DNA of 64,000 nucleotides. It comes from Octopus vulgaris. Lineage: Eukaryota. The notes under the pieces were generated by a model that was not told the origin of the DNA, ran no database searches, and was given only the letters and a program-made list of their open reading frames with translations. Positions 40,031 to 54,198 of the stretch are shown piece after piece; the stretch's first letter is position 1, and the number at the start of each line of letters is the position of its first letter. The stretch spans positions 5,704,001-5,768,000 of the forward strand of contig OX597817.1 of the NCBI GenBank assembly GCA_951406725.2, in the 5' to 3' direction. The position numbers and the translations under genes are program-made.

Positions 40031-41009
40031 AAAGTACGAAGTATATTTTACACTATCGAAATGTCTTAATTATGAAGAGTTTTGACAGCCAACTTCGCTA
40101 TGGTGAGCAATACACTGTGTAATGAAAATAATATATTTGGATTTGCCAACTTTACGCTGATAAGAGATATATAGGTTTAATTTCTTACATTTTAACTTCC
40201 CTGATAATTCATACCAAGTTTTATTAGTCTTTGTGACGACATAAAACCTTAATACACAGTTAAATATCGTAAATATTTCACTTGTCTTAACGTAATTAGT
40301 TAGATACTAGACTAAATAGGCAAAACTTCTCAATGAATTGAAATTGATCAATTTGTAGGGAGAAGATAAACAAATACCTGGTGTTAACTACTGGAAACCC
40401 TTGAAGAAAATTGTAGATGATTCTAATTAAATAAGAATTTTATAAAATTTTAACTTCCATGCGTAAGGTGGAAATCTGATCTTCGTTAGCAAGCATAGTT
40501 ACGTATTAATATGCTCCAGTCGCATTAGACTTCACCAGCGAAGAATACCTGTTTTTATAACACTTTGTATTCTAACTTTTTTCTACTTACAATCATCTCT
40601 GTCCACTAAACGGACAGATGTGAGAAGTTTATGCTTAAAGATTAATAAGAACGTAACCTGTCATCCTGCGTGCAGTACTAACAACAGACACATTTTTCAT
40701 CAAATATTTCATTTTTTCCCAATTTACTCACATGTTGGTCCGAATAGATTCTAGTGATATGAACAATACTGTAAGGTTTTGTAGCTGAAAAAGTACAAGC
40801 TTTCTATATCTAGGCAGTGTTTTAGCTTCTTTCTTTCGCGCTTTGAAGGCCAATCTTATTGAATTCGACAATGCCTCTCGTCTTTTCAAGCTCTACTAAA
40901 TAAATATAAATCAAAGACTTGAGCCAGCTTAGTTTAATATTCATTCTTCAAAAGGTTATTTCTGTGTAACGTTCTTTTAATTGTATTTAGTTGTTGTCGT
41001 TGTTATTAT

Positions 41010-41395
41010 TTCCGCCGAGGACGACTTTGCCTTTCCATCGTTTTGGAGTCGATAAATTAAGTACCAGTTGAGTAATGGGGTCGATGTAATCGACTAGTCC
41101 CCTTCCCTCAAATTTCAGGCCTTGTGCCTATAGTAGAAAGGATTATTATTATTATTGTTAGTATTATTATTAAAGGGAAGGTGGTGAGCTGGCAGAACCG
41201 TTAGCACACCAGGCAAAGTGCTTTGCGGCATTTTGTCCATCCCTACGTTCTGAGTTTAAATTCTGCCGAGGTCGACTTTGCCTTTCATCCTTTCGGTGTC
41301 GATAAAATAAGCATCAGTTGAACATTGGGGTTGATGTAATCGACTCATCCCCCACCTCCCCCAAGCTGCCCTTGATGTAAAAATTTGAAATAATA
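41010..41395 (+). mobile_element. Two tandem SINE family A copies with (ATT)n tails
   Basis: Core motif at ~41020 and ~41270. Confidence 0.85.
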
Positions 41396-43149
41396 ATAAT
41401 AATTATTATTATTATTATTATTAGTGTTATACAGGATTTGGGGACAGCATTTAGTTACTTTTTTTGTTTAATCCTAGATCAGACACGTTACGTTATTTTA
41501 CATTCTCAGTAAGGTCTATATTTTCTCTAAGTTCTAATTTTTATTTTTTAATCTTTAGAAAGTTGATAGATTAAGTGTTACCCAAATGGAGTTAATTAAA
41601 TGGACTGTATTAGTTTTTTTTATAATCTATTGTTTTATGTCTATCCTAGAAATTATTACGTTTTACTCTGGAAGTAGTTTGCTGTCAGATACAATATTAT
41701 TTACTTCCGGCTACAAATAGTTTGAGTTCAAAATCTGTTGGAATCAATTTGGAAATTCCTTTATTTAACATTATCATTGAACAACTACCGAACACATGAA
41801 TTGAAATTCTATCGTATATATATATATACATACACTCTGCTTTACCGTATGCGAAATCATTGCTTTTTCATTTACAAAATTTTCATTTGTTTTTAATTAT
41901 TGTACAGCAGTTAAATTGAATGATAATTTGTTCAGTAGAAAACTGATAAAAGTGGTGGATTTATCTGTTGTATTAGGCAAAATTATATGGCTTTTAAATA
42001 ATTTCATTATAGTATTTGTTTTTGATTTCGATTGTTTTTTTAATTTTTATTCTTAAATTTCAATTTGAACAAACTGTGATATATAAAACATGTTATTTGA
42101 AAGTATTATGTATGGATTAGCTGGATTAATTTTTATTGTAGTATTTTATTTGTATGCAATTAATGGGATTGTGTTATTCTCCTTGTAGCTAATTGTCGAA
42201 AATCAATCTTCACCGTCTTCTCTCTTCTCTTGAAGCGTTTTGGCATTCTGACATTTTGTTTGGATATCTATGAACAGCATTAGCGATATTAATTGAATAA
42301 TTAAATTGTGTTTTATCTTAGGAAAGTACAAGTATATTATATAGCGTATAAAATTACAAATGGGATTTTGTGATGTTCCTGCGTTTTATATGTTCAGTTT
42401 CGGTGTAAATGGAGAGAATGGAAACCATCTCGCAGATTCTCAGTTCGCAACGTAGCTTAGATGTTGATATACGACGTTAATTACAAGTTCGAAATTAAAT
42501 TGCGTAATTGTTTTCTGTAGTTTCATCTCTGAAGGGAACAGCTGATTGAGTCCTTATGGTTATTCATTGCAACCAGCCAGAAGTTCGGTAGTTCCTAACC
42601 TGTGAACTCTCAGTACCTTATGACTAAAGGTACAAAATTTCAAATGAGCCAATCCAATTAACATAAATGCAGTTCTGTACCGTAGAGCTGGACTAACTTG
42701 GCGCTGTAAACCGACAGTTGTAAAATACTGATGCACGATGGACGAAGCTTGTTATAAACGTTTCCAGTATGTTTATATATGTTCTAGAGCGAAAGCACAG
42801 TTGAGACCACATCAGACTAGATGTTTCAACATTCTTTTTAGATTTGAACTTGTGTTGAGTTAAGTTCAACTTGAATTATATCCACTTAACTCTCTATGTA
42901 ATTAGTGCCATAATAAAATGCGATGGTGCTATCATGTTATGTGGTCAATGTTAATATATTCTATGATATATGTTCAATTCATAATTGAATCATCTGCCTT
43001 CATTTCACGGCAATTTCCGGCCCTACATAAATGTCTAAGAAAATTTAGATACTGGCAAGAATATAGAACGATAAAAACAACATGAAGAGACAGATAGGAC
43101 AATACAAACGGGTTTTAAAACGTGTTAACAAAAATAAGAATAAAAATTA

Positions 43150-43680
43150 AACAAATAAAATTCCCAATAGCAGGATGCGTTTTAAGGTTACTCACGGGAA
43201 AATCCACAAAGGCACGGGTGCCTGACCAACAGTAAGAGCCCTTCTTTTATTTTTCATAGGCACGTGCTCAAAATGAGTCCTTTCACACAGGTCATTTTTC
43301 CAACATGCACCCACCGTCCAACAAACTTGCTAGACGACAACATTTTCTTCTCCTCATTCACTTTCCTTTTTAAGTGGAACTTCGAGAACTTAACCAAAGA
43401 GGAAAGTGTCTGTCTTTAGCCCTTTCAAACGTGTCCACCATACTACCTCTTTTGGTACAGCTACCAGATATATAGAAATTGTCTGCCCATCGCGGCCACA
43501 GGAGAGCGGCGGGATAGTCTTCACTATGGATTCAGCCGATAGCCAGATCCGTCCCACACGCGACATAAACCCAGAGATCGGCAATGCTCGGGCACTGGGC
43601 GAGTGCATGCAGAACGGTTTCGTCGCTCTGCGCACAACTCGGGTGGGCTCGGCTGACGGCATTTCCGTGCCTATTAAGTT
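43150..43680 (-). mobile_element. L1/Tx1-clade LINE 3' fragment
   Basis: KLNRHGNAVSRAHPSCAQSDETVLHALAQCPSIADLW (degenerate CCHC knuckle ETxxHxxxxC), followed by KEVVWWTRLKGL and a 3' UTR. Confidence 0.7.
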
Positions 43681-43733
43681 TACCCCTTGTGGAAAAATTT
43701 GAAACCATTATTATTATTATTATTATTATTATT

Positions 43734-43880
43734 GAGTGAGAGAGCAGTGCATGCCATCAAAGTGACACTGGGGTAAAATATACGAAGCTCAGTATACCCA
43801 TCATGACTACCCGCCTGATAAGGATACACCAGGCACATGTATCACAACCACATGTACGCGACATAGTGATCTCATATCAA
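43734..43880 (-). mobile_element. 3' 147 bp of the ~565-bp (TAA)n-targeted element
   Basis: Matches 441-587; preceded by (ATT)n. Confidence 0.85.
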
Positions 43881-45377
43881 ATTCTGCACTTATCACTTTC
43901 TGATGTACTGTCTGTTCTGTATTTGATGTAATTGATTCTTAATGCTTGCTTATTGGGCAGCACAGATTAGAGTCTCTGTTTCCGGTTTTAAATCACTTTT
44001 AGTCATTTTAGTCATCCATAGCCATCTTTCTTCGTTGTCTGTCTTATATTTAACATCCTTATGAAATTGTCCAGGCATTCTTTTATTTATCCACCTATTT
44101 TCAGTTTCGTTCATTCTCCAACGCTTGTATAGTGCTTTATCTTTGCAAACTTCCATCCTACACAAGCCTGGCCTTCTTACTTCCACTAATAATAGCATTT
44201 CTGTGGCATTTTTTACATACCATGCTATATTGTTTTCTTCTACCCTAATGCTGTGTTTGCATTCAATCAGTCCTCTTCCCCCTCATTTCTTGGTACGTAT
44301 AGTCAACTGTGTCACTTTTTGGGTGGAGTATCCCATATCTGGTCAGCAATTTCCTGCCTAAGCTTCGTTCGTCTACTGTCCATGCGATTACTTCTGCTCC
44401 ATATCCAGGTATTGATACCTTCAATCTTATTCCGTCCGTTAAATTTTGACTTAAGGATCAGTCTCAGTCTGCGCAAGTCCTCCACCATAATTTTTTCTGT
44501 CATTTCTTTTTCTGTCATCAATTTATCCATTTCCAATATCCTCAACTACTTATAGTCCTTCCATACATTTAATTTTGCCTCTCTTCAAGACTAACACATC
44601 TCGCTTTTTCAGTTGGAACTCCATTCCGATATTAGCACTGAAAATATGCACCATATCAACATGGGAACGGACTTGGGATTCATCTTTACCATAAAGTTCG
44701 AGTTCGTCCATGAATAACAAGTGGTTGACGTTTTATTAGCGGCTCTTGAATACATACCCAGCTTTTGCTTGCCTCAAAATCAGTGTTAGTGGTATCTTGC
44801 GCAGTATAATGATCAGTGGGGACAGGCAGTCTATTTGGAAGATGCCTATCTTGATTTCTATTGTCCCTAAACTTCTTCCATATGCTATCAGTTCCGTCGT
44901 TCACTTCGCCATACTTTTACCAAGCAATCGCTCAACATTCGATACAATACCAAATAGGTTCATACATTCCATAATCCAAGAATATGGGATCATATCGTAT
45001 GCCTTACGATAATCGATCCCTCATATGACTAATTTATTTTTGCTCCTCTTGCATTCTCTAAATACAGTTTTGTCTACCAAGAATTTATCCTTGACACCTC
45101 TTCACTTACGCTTGCATCCCTTCAGATCGTGTGGCAGGATTCCATTGCCGTCCAGATATCCGTACACTGTCTTTGCGACTATTCCAGTCAATGATTTCCT
45201 CATAAGTAGCAAGCAGGATATGTCGACCTATAATTGTCTACCGTATTGCCTTTTTTGCCTTTTTCGATGTTTTTCAAGCACAGCACTGTCCTACCCATTG
45301 TCAGCCACTCTGGTGTTACTTTGTCGGCGTTTAACAAGGTGTTCAGTTGTGCATGTTCATTCGTGCATGTCATTCAC
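43881..45377 (-). pseudogene. Disrupted R4/Dong reverse transcriptase
   Basis: Minus-strand motifs GRTVLC..DNYR, IDYRKAYDMIPYSWI, NHLLFMDELELYGK, KRMPGQF, LKPETETLICAAQ/QALRINYIK...DKCRI. Frameshifts and deletions present; bounded by (ATT)n from 45378. Confidence 0.9.
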
Positions 45378-46104
45378 CATTATTATTATTATTATTATTT
45401 GAAGGGTAAAACTTGTGTATGAAAGTTTGAGATGTATATTATTCAGTAGAAAGGATACTCAAATTCATTTGTCTTTAGATCTTACAATCAAATTTAAGGT
45501 TATATTTGAAGTGAAACGAGTGAGTGAATTAAGCGTGTTTATTTGCTGATCAGATGAGGGAATTACTTTAGATGGGTTGTATTTTATCCTGACATAGTTA
45601 AGTATTTCACTCAGAGAAAATATGATTGTTAAGATAGCAGACATTACAAACAAGTAACACTACCAGACTGTAGTCGTAGCCAGTAAGATATTGAGTGTTT
45701 AAAACAAGATTCAGACCCGATGGCGATATGTAATTAATGACTCCTTCGCTAAAAGACATATTTATATTCAAATTAACTAATGTATAAGCTCATTAGCAGC
45801 GTGTTTGAAAGCGTTGCTTCTTGAAAATAAAATTACAAATTATGATATCAGCATAATATTAGTATCGTTTGTATCTGTAGACTTAGTGTTACGTTCTTAT
45901 TGCAAATTGTGATAACACATTTTCAGTAAAGAGTGAATAGAACCAATTACATTTGTTATTGACATACTTTTTTTTTCTTCTAGTGTTTCGTTTACATAAT
46001 CAAGCAAGCAAAGACATTAATTGCATTATCGATACCCAAACTCAATATTTTGAACCAATGAATTAATAATTCGTTCATATATGATTATTTCTATATAACC
46101 TTTC

Positions 46105-46275
46105 TACTATATGTACAAGGCCTGAAATTTGGGGGAAAGGGATAGTTGATTTCATTGACACCAGTACTCAACTGATACTTAATTTATCGACCCCGAAAGG
46201 ATGAAAGGCAAAGTCGACCTCGGTGAAATTTGAACTCATTTCGCCCTGCATTATAACGATTCTGCCAGCTCGCCG
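46105..46275 (-). mobile_element. SINE family A with internal deletion
   Basis: Reverse complement of core and head. Confidence 0.8.
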
Positions 46276-46927
46276 TCGTCTTATTTACAAATATCAGTAT
46301 TCAAGTTTCTTGTAACGTTTGGCTTATGAATCATATTTCGGTCGTACTCGAAATTCTTGAGTACTTTGATGTTGTGTAATGTAACTAGAACGATTCGTTC
46401 TAGTGGATCTCTTTCGGCTCTTAGTTCTTAATCGGTGAAGCGGTTCACCACAGTGCTAAACAGTAGATTATACAAATTATACAGTAGATTATAATGATGA
46501 TATCTATTATATTACCTCGAGACGACACATTTGATATCTATTACTATATCTTGAGACAACAAGAGGAGTATCATGGTGGAATAAATAGAGACTTAGTATA
46601 TTACTTAGGTTTGTTTTAATCGATATAGGAAATATATGTCGTGTCAACTTTGCGAGGATCTGAACGAAAACTTGAAGCATTGACGATAACTTATATTGTT
46701 ATGATAGCATGTTGGAGGAAAGACTTTTTCTCAGTTATATCACCACATGATTTAACGGTACTTTGTGCTCTTTACCAGAAGAGAAAAATAGTAAAGTTAT
46801 ATTCGGAGGGGTTTGAACTCAGAGCGTAAACGAAACAACTAAGCGACATCATATATTTCGTTCGATGCTCTAAGGATTCCGTCAATTACCATTTGTAATA
46901 AGCAGCAACGAAGCAACCAGTGATACC

Positions 46928-47343
46928 TATTTCTTTATTACCCACAAGGGGCTAAACACAGAAGGGACAGACAATGACAGACAAACGGATCAAGTCGATT
47001 ACATCGACCCCAGTGCGTAACTGGTACTTAATTTATCGATCCCGAAAGGATGAAAGGCAAAGTCGACCTCGGTGGAATTTGAACTCAGAACGTATCAGCA
47101 GACGAAATACCTATTTCTATACTACCCACACGGGGCTAAGCACAGAAGGGACAAACAAGGACAGACAAACAAACGGATCAAGTCGATTACATCGACCCCA
47201 GTGCGTAACTGGTACTTAATTTATCGATCCCGAAAGGATGAAAGGCAAAGTCGACCTCGGCGGAATTTGAACTCAGAACGTGGCGACAGACGAAATACCG
47301 CAAAGCATTTCGCCAGCTTACGATTCTGCCAGCTCGCCGCCTT
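46928..47343 (-). mobile_element. SINE family A dimer with 17-bp TSD
   Basis: TSD aagcaaccagtgatacc at 46911-46927 and 47344-47360 encloses one head and two bodies. Confidence 0.92.
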
Positions 47344-48511
47344 AAGCAACCAGTGATACCCACTTTTCGTTTTCAGTGCAAAAGAAAAACTTTTTGTGTC
47401 TAGCATAAACAAATGCATTCATGTATGTGAGAGTGTATCTGTGTGTGTGCGTGTGTGTATATAATGTATGCGTGTTGTGTCTTACGTCAAGGATTTTGAT
47501 ATCCATGGTAATCCATTGCACTGAACTTCAGCCTAGTGAATCTGTACACATTACCCAGGGTTCATGGTGCTCGCATTGTTTCCGGTGCATTACATCGAAC
47601 CAAGATAAAGGCTTATAACGGAAACTAATGCTACACTGCTCTGCTTTAAGATAAATTCTTTAGGTTGGCAGAATGCAATTGGGTGCCTACAGGATGCGAA
47701 GAGGATAGGCGGAAAGATATATAAGTGAAATATCAGCAAAAAAATATTTCTTTTAAATGAGTAGCGAAAATTCACTTCTCGCACAAGCACGCGCACTCAC
47801 ACACACACACATACATACACAAAAGAAAATTTATTATATAAAGAAAATGCATATTTATTTGTGTGCCTGTGTAAGCAATATATATATATATATATATATA
47901 TATATGGGGCTAAGTATAAAGAAGCAATGAAAACGCTTCATGGCATTCAGGTTGGTTAAGCATAGCCCCATGATGAATTTCTGATAAGTTCACATTTAGC
48001 TCCCATTCCGTTTTCGTGCACTGATAAAAATGCAATTTAAAAATAATTTTTTTTTAAAAACCACTTAAAATAATTAGAAGGTATTTCATTTCTCTTTGTC
48101 TATAAAATATTATATTTCGAAATTTAATGTCAGAATTTGTCTTTATTAGTTAGAGAAAGAAAACATCAAGTCTCTCGAAGGGAAGATAATTTTATAGAAA
48201 TTATGATTTAGTCTTTTAAAGTTAAGTGATACGCTAGTCAGAAATTTAACCAATGTTTGCAAACTGTTAGAGCTCATGAACACTGGTTTCTTGATCGGTT
48301 AAAGATTTTGACATAAAGAATAACAAATACCAGAATGTTGACAGGGTGTTCAGTGCACTACTGTACATACGATTATGAGAGGAAAGGAATTATAGATTAC
48401 ACTGTGTAATGCGATTTTTGTCCTTAGATAGTAACTGTTATTTCCTATTTGCTACCCCTAGAAAGTATGAAAAGTCGCTAATATTGACTTCAGATTTTGA
48501 TTTTGTTGCAT

Positions 48512-48679
48512 TTATTCAAACCCCCCAAAGAATCCCTTTCAACACATGTCTATAATGCTCCTCCACTTTTACTGCTCATGATCAGAGTTGCACATATTAT
48601 CAGCCACTAAGTGACACGCTCAAGTGGTTACGGTCAAGTAACTGACAAGTAAATATGTGGTATGGAGCAGAATATTTGC
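48512..48679 (-). mobile_element. Diverged internal fragment of the ~565-bp element
   Basis: Aligns to 27647-27822. Confidence 0.75.
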
Positions 48680-50139
48680 GATAACGATATTTCTGGTTCA
48701 GCACTTCATTGCCTGAGTCTGTCTGAAATGTAATGGAAATTAGGCCTGTTTCAAGACATTGATGTCCAGCTCACAAAACCAATGGTTAAAGGGAACCAAT
48801 GGTTAAAGGGAATAGTAGCCATTTACTTTGATTGCTAGGTCGAAGAAAACACTTACTGACCGATACAAAAAGAAAAAAGAGAAAACCTTAGTTACACAAT
48901 GCTGCTAGTTTATTCCGTTGAAATTCCAGGTGAAAATATTCATACTTCTGTTTTGATGCATGAATTTATATACAGCTATGTAACATTACTTCATTAAATC
49001 ATAGCTTTCGATTATGCTTTTGATTTCCTTCCCAAGTTAGTGATATATAAAGTGTAGCACTCTTTATGTTGGCGATTATGTTTTAGACTTTAATTTCAGT
49101 CCGTAGTTACAGACTGTTAAAAGCCTAACACATGATCACGTGTCGTGACGAGATGTGCACGATAAATAAAATGGCGTAATATGCATAAATCCTGTATTTA
49201 AATGTACAACATACGAAAATATTTAGCTATTATTATTTTGTTTGAACTAAAAAAATCGATGCTTAAAATATACAAATTACTTTGGTAAATATAATCACAG
49301 CAATTTTTTCAGAATGTTTGAAAGTTTTCCTTCTCATTTTCTAAAATGTACACTCGTACATCACTACAAAGGTGTAAACATTTATGTATACGTTGGTCTT
49401 ATGGCAGCATCCGACAAAGATTGCCTGCCAGAAGTTTAATCCAGATGAGATTTACAATTACTATAAACAAAAGTAGTTCGGGAATAAATTTTGTTTAGAG
49501 TATTGGGAACGCTGCGTTACGGAAGCTATCTCTCTTCCACCGTCATCACCTCTTAGCTGTTTGACCCCTCATACATATGCATGTATTTAAATCTGTTGAT
49601 ATAGGCACATGAGTATGTACAATATATACACAAAGGCACACTTACATATATACAATATGTGTATCTATATACATATCTGTACTTATAGTCACGTGAACAC
49701 ACACACACTCGCGCATGCGCGAACACAGACATATACACAGAAAACACGTGTATTAGAAGTTAAAAACTTATTTAGGTTTAAGATACGAATTAACCTTATA
49801 ATACCCTATTGAATACATACATTTTTGTACATAGTGAACAGTCCCAGCATATCACTAATATACACAATGTTTATCACACACGGGCACACATACGTATGTG
49901 TGCGTGAGAGAAAGAAAAAAAGAGTGTATTTAGTTTTACTGATTTACATCTTGAGTCCAAATCAGGCGAGATTGACTTTGCCCTTTCATCCTCTTTAATT
50001 GAGGAAATGTAGTGCTTCTTAAGGAGCGAGTCGATATGATGGACTGTACACCTTGAATATGATAGCTTGTGCCTAATCAGTAAACTGCGAGAATCGTGAG
50101 AGTATTGAAAAAAACGCCTTATTTGTTTCAGGATTTCCT

Positions 50140-50505
50140 TTCCGAGTTCAAATTCCGCCGAAATCGATTTATCTTACTTCTTCCCGGGATCTATTAAACT
50201 GAGTGCCAGTCTAGCACCTGGGTCCATGGTCTCGACTAACCTTTCCCTTGAAGTCTGTTGGCCTTTTGCCAAACTTTGAGACAAATTATGGCGACGCGCT
50301 AGCAGAATCGGTAGCGCGGCAGACAAAATATCTAGCGGTATTTTCTCCAGCTCTTTAATTTCTGAGTTTGAATTCTGCCGAGGCCAACTTTGCTTTCTAT
50401 CTTTTCGGAATCTATAATATAAGTACCAGTTGAGTACTGGGGTCGATGTAATCAAATTTTCCCTCCCCTCCAATTTGATGGCCTTTTGTTTATATTATAA
50501 AGAAT
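50140..50505 (+). mobile_element. Two degenerate SINE A copies
   Basis: gagttcaaattccgccg and gagtttgaattctgccgagg cores. Confidence 0.7.
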
Positions 50506-51572
50506 TATTATAATTATCAATTTTGGCTTAAAAGTTGTCTGTAGTTCAGAGGTAAAATACTTTGCAATATTCATTCCTGGAACCCGATTATCCGAATGAA
50601 ATGTGTGGATGGCATTTTAATCGGAAAACTGCTCTGAGTGTAAGCAAAGGAAATCATGCTGAATAAAATTATGGAGCCTTTTTATTTTGTTTGGATAATC
50701 TTGAATCCAGATAATTGATGTTTGGATTACTGTGATTTGATAGTAATTGATTGATGAAACGGTAAAAACACCTTATAATACGTAGCCATAAACATGGTTG
50801 ATATTCAAGAAAAATTGACTCGGAAAGAGCGATAGATATATAGATAGAGAGAGAGGGAGGAGAGAGAGAGAGTGTGTGTGTGTGTATCATGTTCATTGAA
50901 CAGAATAATACCCATTGCAGCGTGCGTGTGTGTGTGTGTGTGTGTGATGTAAGAAATGAATGAAAGAATGTTTTTTGCAGAAATGCAAATCGTTAACTTG
51001 TTCTTAGAGAAGTCGATTTGCATATTCATTAAGAATAAGAACAAATTCTCTGTAATTACATGATCTAGTTCATGCTTTACTACATAACATATGTTCTGTC
51101 ACGGCTGCTAAGAGATCTCCTCCAGGTTCGTGCAATCGTTTGATTGAATGAGCAACTAATTTAATGCCAGCTCCACTGGAGACGACATGCTTTTCTCTGC
51201 TTCTTTTTCTCCTCTCTCTCTTCACCATTTATTTTTCAAACGTAGCGTCTGTAATCTTGTATATTTTCTCAGTTCTACAAGTTTGCATTTATTTGACCCG
51301 TTTGTTTATGATTAATGTTGTTCTTATTGTTGTTTATCTTATTTATTTTTTGATAGGTTTTATTTTTTTCTTTTACTGTATCTGTTACATTTTACTGCAC
51401 AAAGAACCAGATTTATAGTAGACAGCGAGGAAGAACGACAAAAAAAAAAGAAAGAAAAACATATGTACACTTGAGATTATTACGACTGTATGTTTTCGGT
51501 GAACCGAGTCCGCGACACAAATTTCGGATTCCCATTTGGTATTGCTTCACATACGTCTCTAATTTAACGTCA

Positions 51573-53187
51573 CGATTTCTTATCAGACATTCCTATAAAA
51601 ACCTGTAATAACAAAAACTGTCTGAAATGTAATTCGTCTACATCCATCCATTCATGATGCTACTACTATTACTGTTGGGTATTGTGTGGCTTTTCCTTCT
51701 CTTTATATACGAAGTTGGAGAATGCTGTGGTAGCATTTCAATTTTCTACAGTATCTTTTATTGAGGTACTTTCGTTGACCACTTCCACTTCAGAACGTTG
51801 AAAAAAATAAAGCAAGTATCCACAAAACCCACTACGCATCATCCAATGGGCTTTCCCAGGATCATTTTAGTTACATCAAATGACAGAAACTAAGATGTTA
51901 CAACCAAATATTGTTGCCTCAAAATCTTGCTAAATCTGTCCTGCTCTTTCCGATCTACGGACAAACTGGGAGAAAATTGTAGAGATAGAACGATATAATT
52001 AATCACTGGACTGTCACTAAATGTGACAATTTTCGAAGAAATAACAAAGACAAAACAGTCCTGAAATCGAGAATATTTGCATGGTAGCCATTAATGTTGC
52101 TCCATTGGTTTCATATTCCTTTTTAAGGAAATGAAAAGGGCCTGTGATTTCAAAAAAAATTGAAGAAAGATTATCGTTCTTTGGTTGATAAAATAAAGTA
52201 TCGGTCAAGTACTAGTGTGAATGGCTTTGACTTATCCTCTCCCACCAAAATTGCTGCTTTTTGTGTCTGTCATCGCCAGGCTCGAACTAGCAAAAATTGT
52301 AAGCGCGTCGAACAAAATACTTACCCTCATATTTTCCGGTTGTTTTCGTTCTAAGTTCTAATCCCGTTGAGACCAACTTTATCTTTCATCCTTTCGGAGT
52401 CAAACATTAAGGTCGATGAGATCGACTTACCCTCCCCTCAAATTGCTGGCATATGCCTAGATTTTAAAAAAATAATTAGCATTAGTGTTATAAGTGGATT
52501 GGCAGAGTCGTTAGAGCGCCGGTAGGAATGATCTGTAAGTTTCCTTCTCGCACTCCTCCTCACATTCGGAATTCATATGTCGCCAAATTCAACTTTGCCA
52601 TTTATCTTTTCTATACTATTTCCAGTACTGGGTCGGTAGTATCGATTATACCTCGCGCTCTGAAATTGATCATCTTGTGTCAAAATTCGAAACAATTATT
52701 GATATTATTATTGATGCATTGGTACAACAATTAGAACGTCCCAAAAATATTTTGCACTAATTGAGTTCAAATCCTGTTGCAATCAATGATAACTTTCATT
52801 CTTTTGTGGTCGATTAAAATACCAGTTAAGTAATGGGGGTAGGGGTGTGATAATGTATTTTACTGGTTTCTTACCCAAATTTCTGGCTCTGCGCCTATTG
52901 TTAGAAGTTAATATTCCGTTGAAAATTACTTTGTTTCGTCTTCCATCGTGTTCTGTGATCAACTACCAATAAATAACATAGATTTACCGAGGGATTAATA
53001 ATAGTTTTAGGTGTTCATTTTGTCTTCGATTTCTTATCAGACATTCCCATAAAAACCTGTAATAACAAAAACTGTCTGAAATGTAATTCGTCTACATCCA
53101 TCCATTCATGAGGCTACTACTATTACTGTTGGGTATTGTGTGGCTTTTCCTTCTCTTTATATATGAAGTTGGAGAATGTTATGGTAG
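51573..53187. repeat. 161-bp local duplication (51573-51733, 53027-53187) flanking a cluster of old SINE A copies
   Basis: Five substitutions seen over 161 bp. Confidence 0.9.
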
Positions 53188-54161
53188 TATTGTGTGGAGT
53201 CTATTTCTTTTTATTTTCATGTTTTGTACACACTCACATATATATGTGCATGTTTTTGTGTACAGTCCATGAAGAGAAGCAACCAGATTTTAATTGAAGT
53301 ATCATTCGATATATTCAAACTTAGCATCAAATTTATTTTTGCTAAAGAAATATTAACAGTGACTTTGAAGTTTCGACAATTTGCTAACGCCGATCTCAGC
53401 GAAATGACGAAGTGACAACATGTCTTACACACTCGCACGCATACACACACACATGCACTTACACACACACACACATGTACACACACTGACGTACACGCTT
53501 ACTTCTGGAATCATTACCAGAATCAGTTGTCTTCTGTCCCACCGACATTGCCTCCATATTTGGTGAATTCCATCATCACAACCGTCTCTGTACTTATCAA
53601 TGTTTACTCTTTCGTTACCACCAACACCACTCTAGCCACTACTAGCATGCCCATCATCATCATCTTAGGATACTCCAAAGATTGGAGTCGAATACATTAT
53701 TGTGTGTGTATGTGTGTGTGAGAGAGTGTGTGTGTGTGAGAGAGTGTGTGTGTTTGTGTGTGTGTGTGTGTCTGATTTCTGTCTATTTTACAGAAATCTT
53801 ATTTCGTGACTTGTATTTTTGGAGATTCTTGTTAGAGTTTTGGAAAACAATATCGGATGGAGGGATAATGAAAGGGGACAAACCTACACAGAAGCCTGCT
53901 CGCACACATGCATTCATATACAGACACGTTCTCATTTATAGAATATAAAACCTCATTGTAAATAAATAACTGAACTGCTTCATTAAAGATCAAACGAAAG
54001 AGAAATTTTCTTCGGAATTTTTCATTAACTCCGAATCTGAAGCACCCATCCCACGTTCACACTATTTTAAGATATTCTGTCACCTTCAACACTATCTTCC
54101 TCGCCTTTGGAATCGTTAAGATAAACATAATTTATTTTGAGCAGTATCATTCCATGTATGC

Positions 54162-54198
<37 letters not shown>

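Noticed and set aside
51573-53187. LTR retrotransposon/TRIM interpretation of the 161-bp repeats
   Set aside because: No TG...CA termini, primer-binding site, polypurine tract or TSD; interior is old SINEs and unique DNA.
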